DNA of 64,000 nt from Bacteroidaceae bacterium. Lineage in GTDB: Bacteria; Bacteroidota; Bacteroidia; Bacteroidales; Bacteroidaceae. A program made the translations under genes and the position numbers. Below are positions 63,532 to 64,000 of this stretch, one piece after another. The notes below the pieces were generated by a model. It was not told where the DNA came from. It made no database searches and worked only from the letters and a program-made list of their open reading frames with translations. The stretch's first letter is position 1, and every line of letters begins with the position of its first letter. Location: contig JAZRJU010000006.1 of NCBI GenBank assembly GCA_045645965.1, positions 2,422 to 66,421 of the forward strand. The letters run 5' to 3'.

Positions 63532-64000
63532 ATGAAAAAAACAGTCTCTTTGTTGCTTTCTGCATGGCAGAAGCTGAACCTCATGTCGCGCATACTCATT
63601 GGTATAGTATGCGGTACACTTCTGGCCCTGTTCCTCCCCCAGGCTCAGGTTATTGGCATTTTGGGTGTACTTTTTGTCGGTGCACTCAAGGCCATTGCCC
63701 CTGTGCTTGTGGCGGTGCTTGTGGTGTCGTCTGTTGCCAAGGCCGGCAATGGACTTGGCGGACGTTTTCGCAACGTTGTTTCGCTTTACATGCTCAGCAC
63801 CTTGTTTGCCGCCGTGCTGGCCGTGCTGGCAAGTCGTTATTTCCCTGTAGATATGGTTCTTTCTGGTGTGACTGGCGCTGAAAACCAGGCACCCCAGGAA
63901 CTCTCCAATGTCTTCAGTACCATAGCGTCCAATCTTATGAGCAACCCTCTTCGTGCTATTGCAGAGGCCAACTACCTGAGCATTTTGCTTTGGGCCATCA
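63532..64000 (+). CDS. sstT: serine/threonine transporter SstT (DAACS family), N-terminal part (runs off window)
   Basis: Own translation: MKKTVSLLLSAWQKLNLMSRILIGIVCGTLLALFLP...GALKAIAPVLVAVLVVSS... It is not in the ORF track because it is open at the window edge. Confidence 0.8.
   Translation, partial: MKKTVSLLLSAWQKLNLMSRILIGIVCGTLLALFLPQAQVIGILGVLFVGALKAIAPVLVAVLVVSSVAKAGNGLGGRFRNVVSLYMLSTLFAAVLAVLASRYFPVDMVLSGVTGAENQAPQELSNVFSTIASNLMSNPLRAIAEANYLSILLWAI

Overview
The window reads as a chromosomal segment of a Bacteroidota genome, probably Prevotella/Segatella-like. Evidence for that: TAnnTTTG -7 promoter boxes before many genes, T9SS sorting domains, a BamD/RpoZ-like/DUF4293 block, and Ser-type sulfatases with an anSME. 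I call about 52 CDS and 9 tRNAs, and I see no rRNA, CRISPR array, integrase or transposase.

Gene content, left to right:
- A complete glycine-cleavage and lipoylation operon (lplA-gcvT-gcvH-gcvPA-gcvPB-lpdA).
- A 7-tRNA cluster containing an internal Arg-Val duplication.
- An RR-HK-ogt operon, and a MacB-type ABC pair that a solitary Abi_2 (AbiD/F-like) gene separates from it.
- An ECF sigma / anti-sigma / DUF4097 operon.
- purA, hisS, uvrB and uvrA.
- Host-glycan genes: GH27, GH95, two sulfatases with an anSME, and a sialic-acid cluster with a mutarotase-symporter fusion.
- A BlaI/BlaR1 pair and mntP.

Most noteworthy observations:
1. A translationally coupled, AT-rich DUF3791-DUF3990-DUF3791 cassette whose middle protein carries a PARP-like H-Y-E motif pattern. 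I read it as a candidate toxin/defence module.
2. An 840-aa SbcC/Rad50-like coiled coil with a central CxxC zinc hook and no ATPase head. It leads a tightly overlapping operon with an AraC-type HTH, a DPP III peptidase and an AlkD-like protein.
3. A pervasive BIME-like vocabulary of short repeat words that fills most intergenic gaps and in places contributes codons, stop codons or spacers to genes.

All family assignments come from reading motifs by eye. No searches or computations were run.
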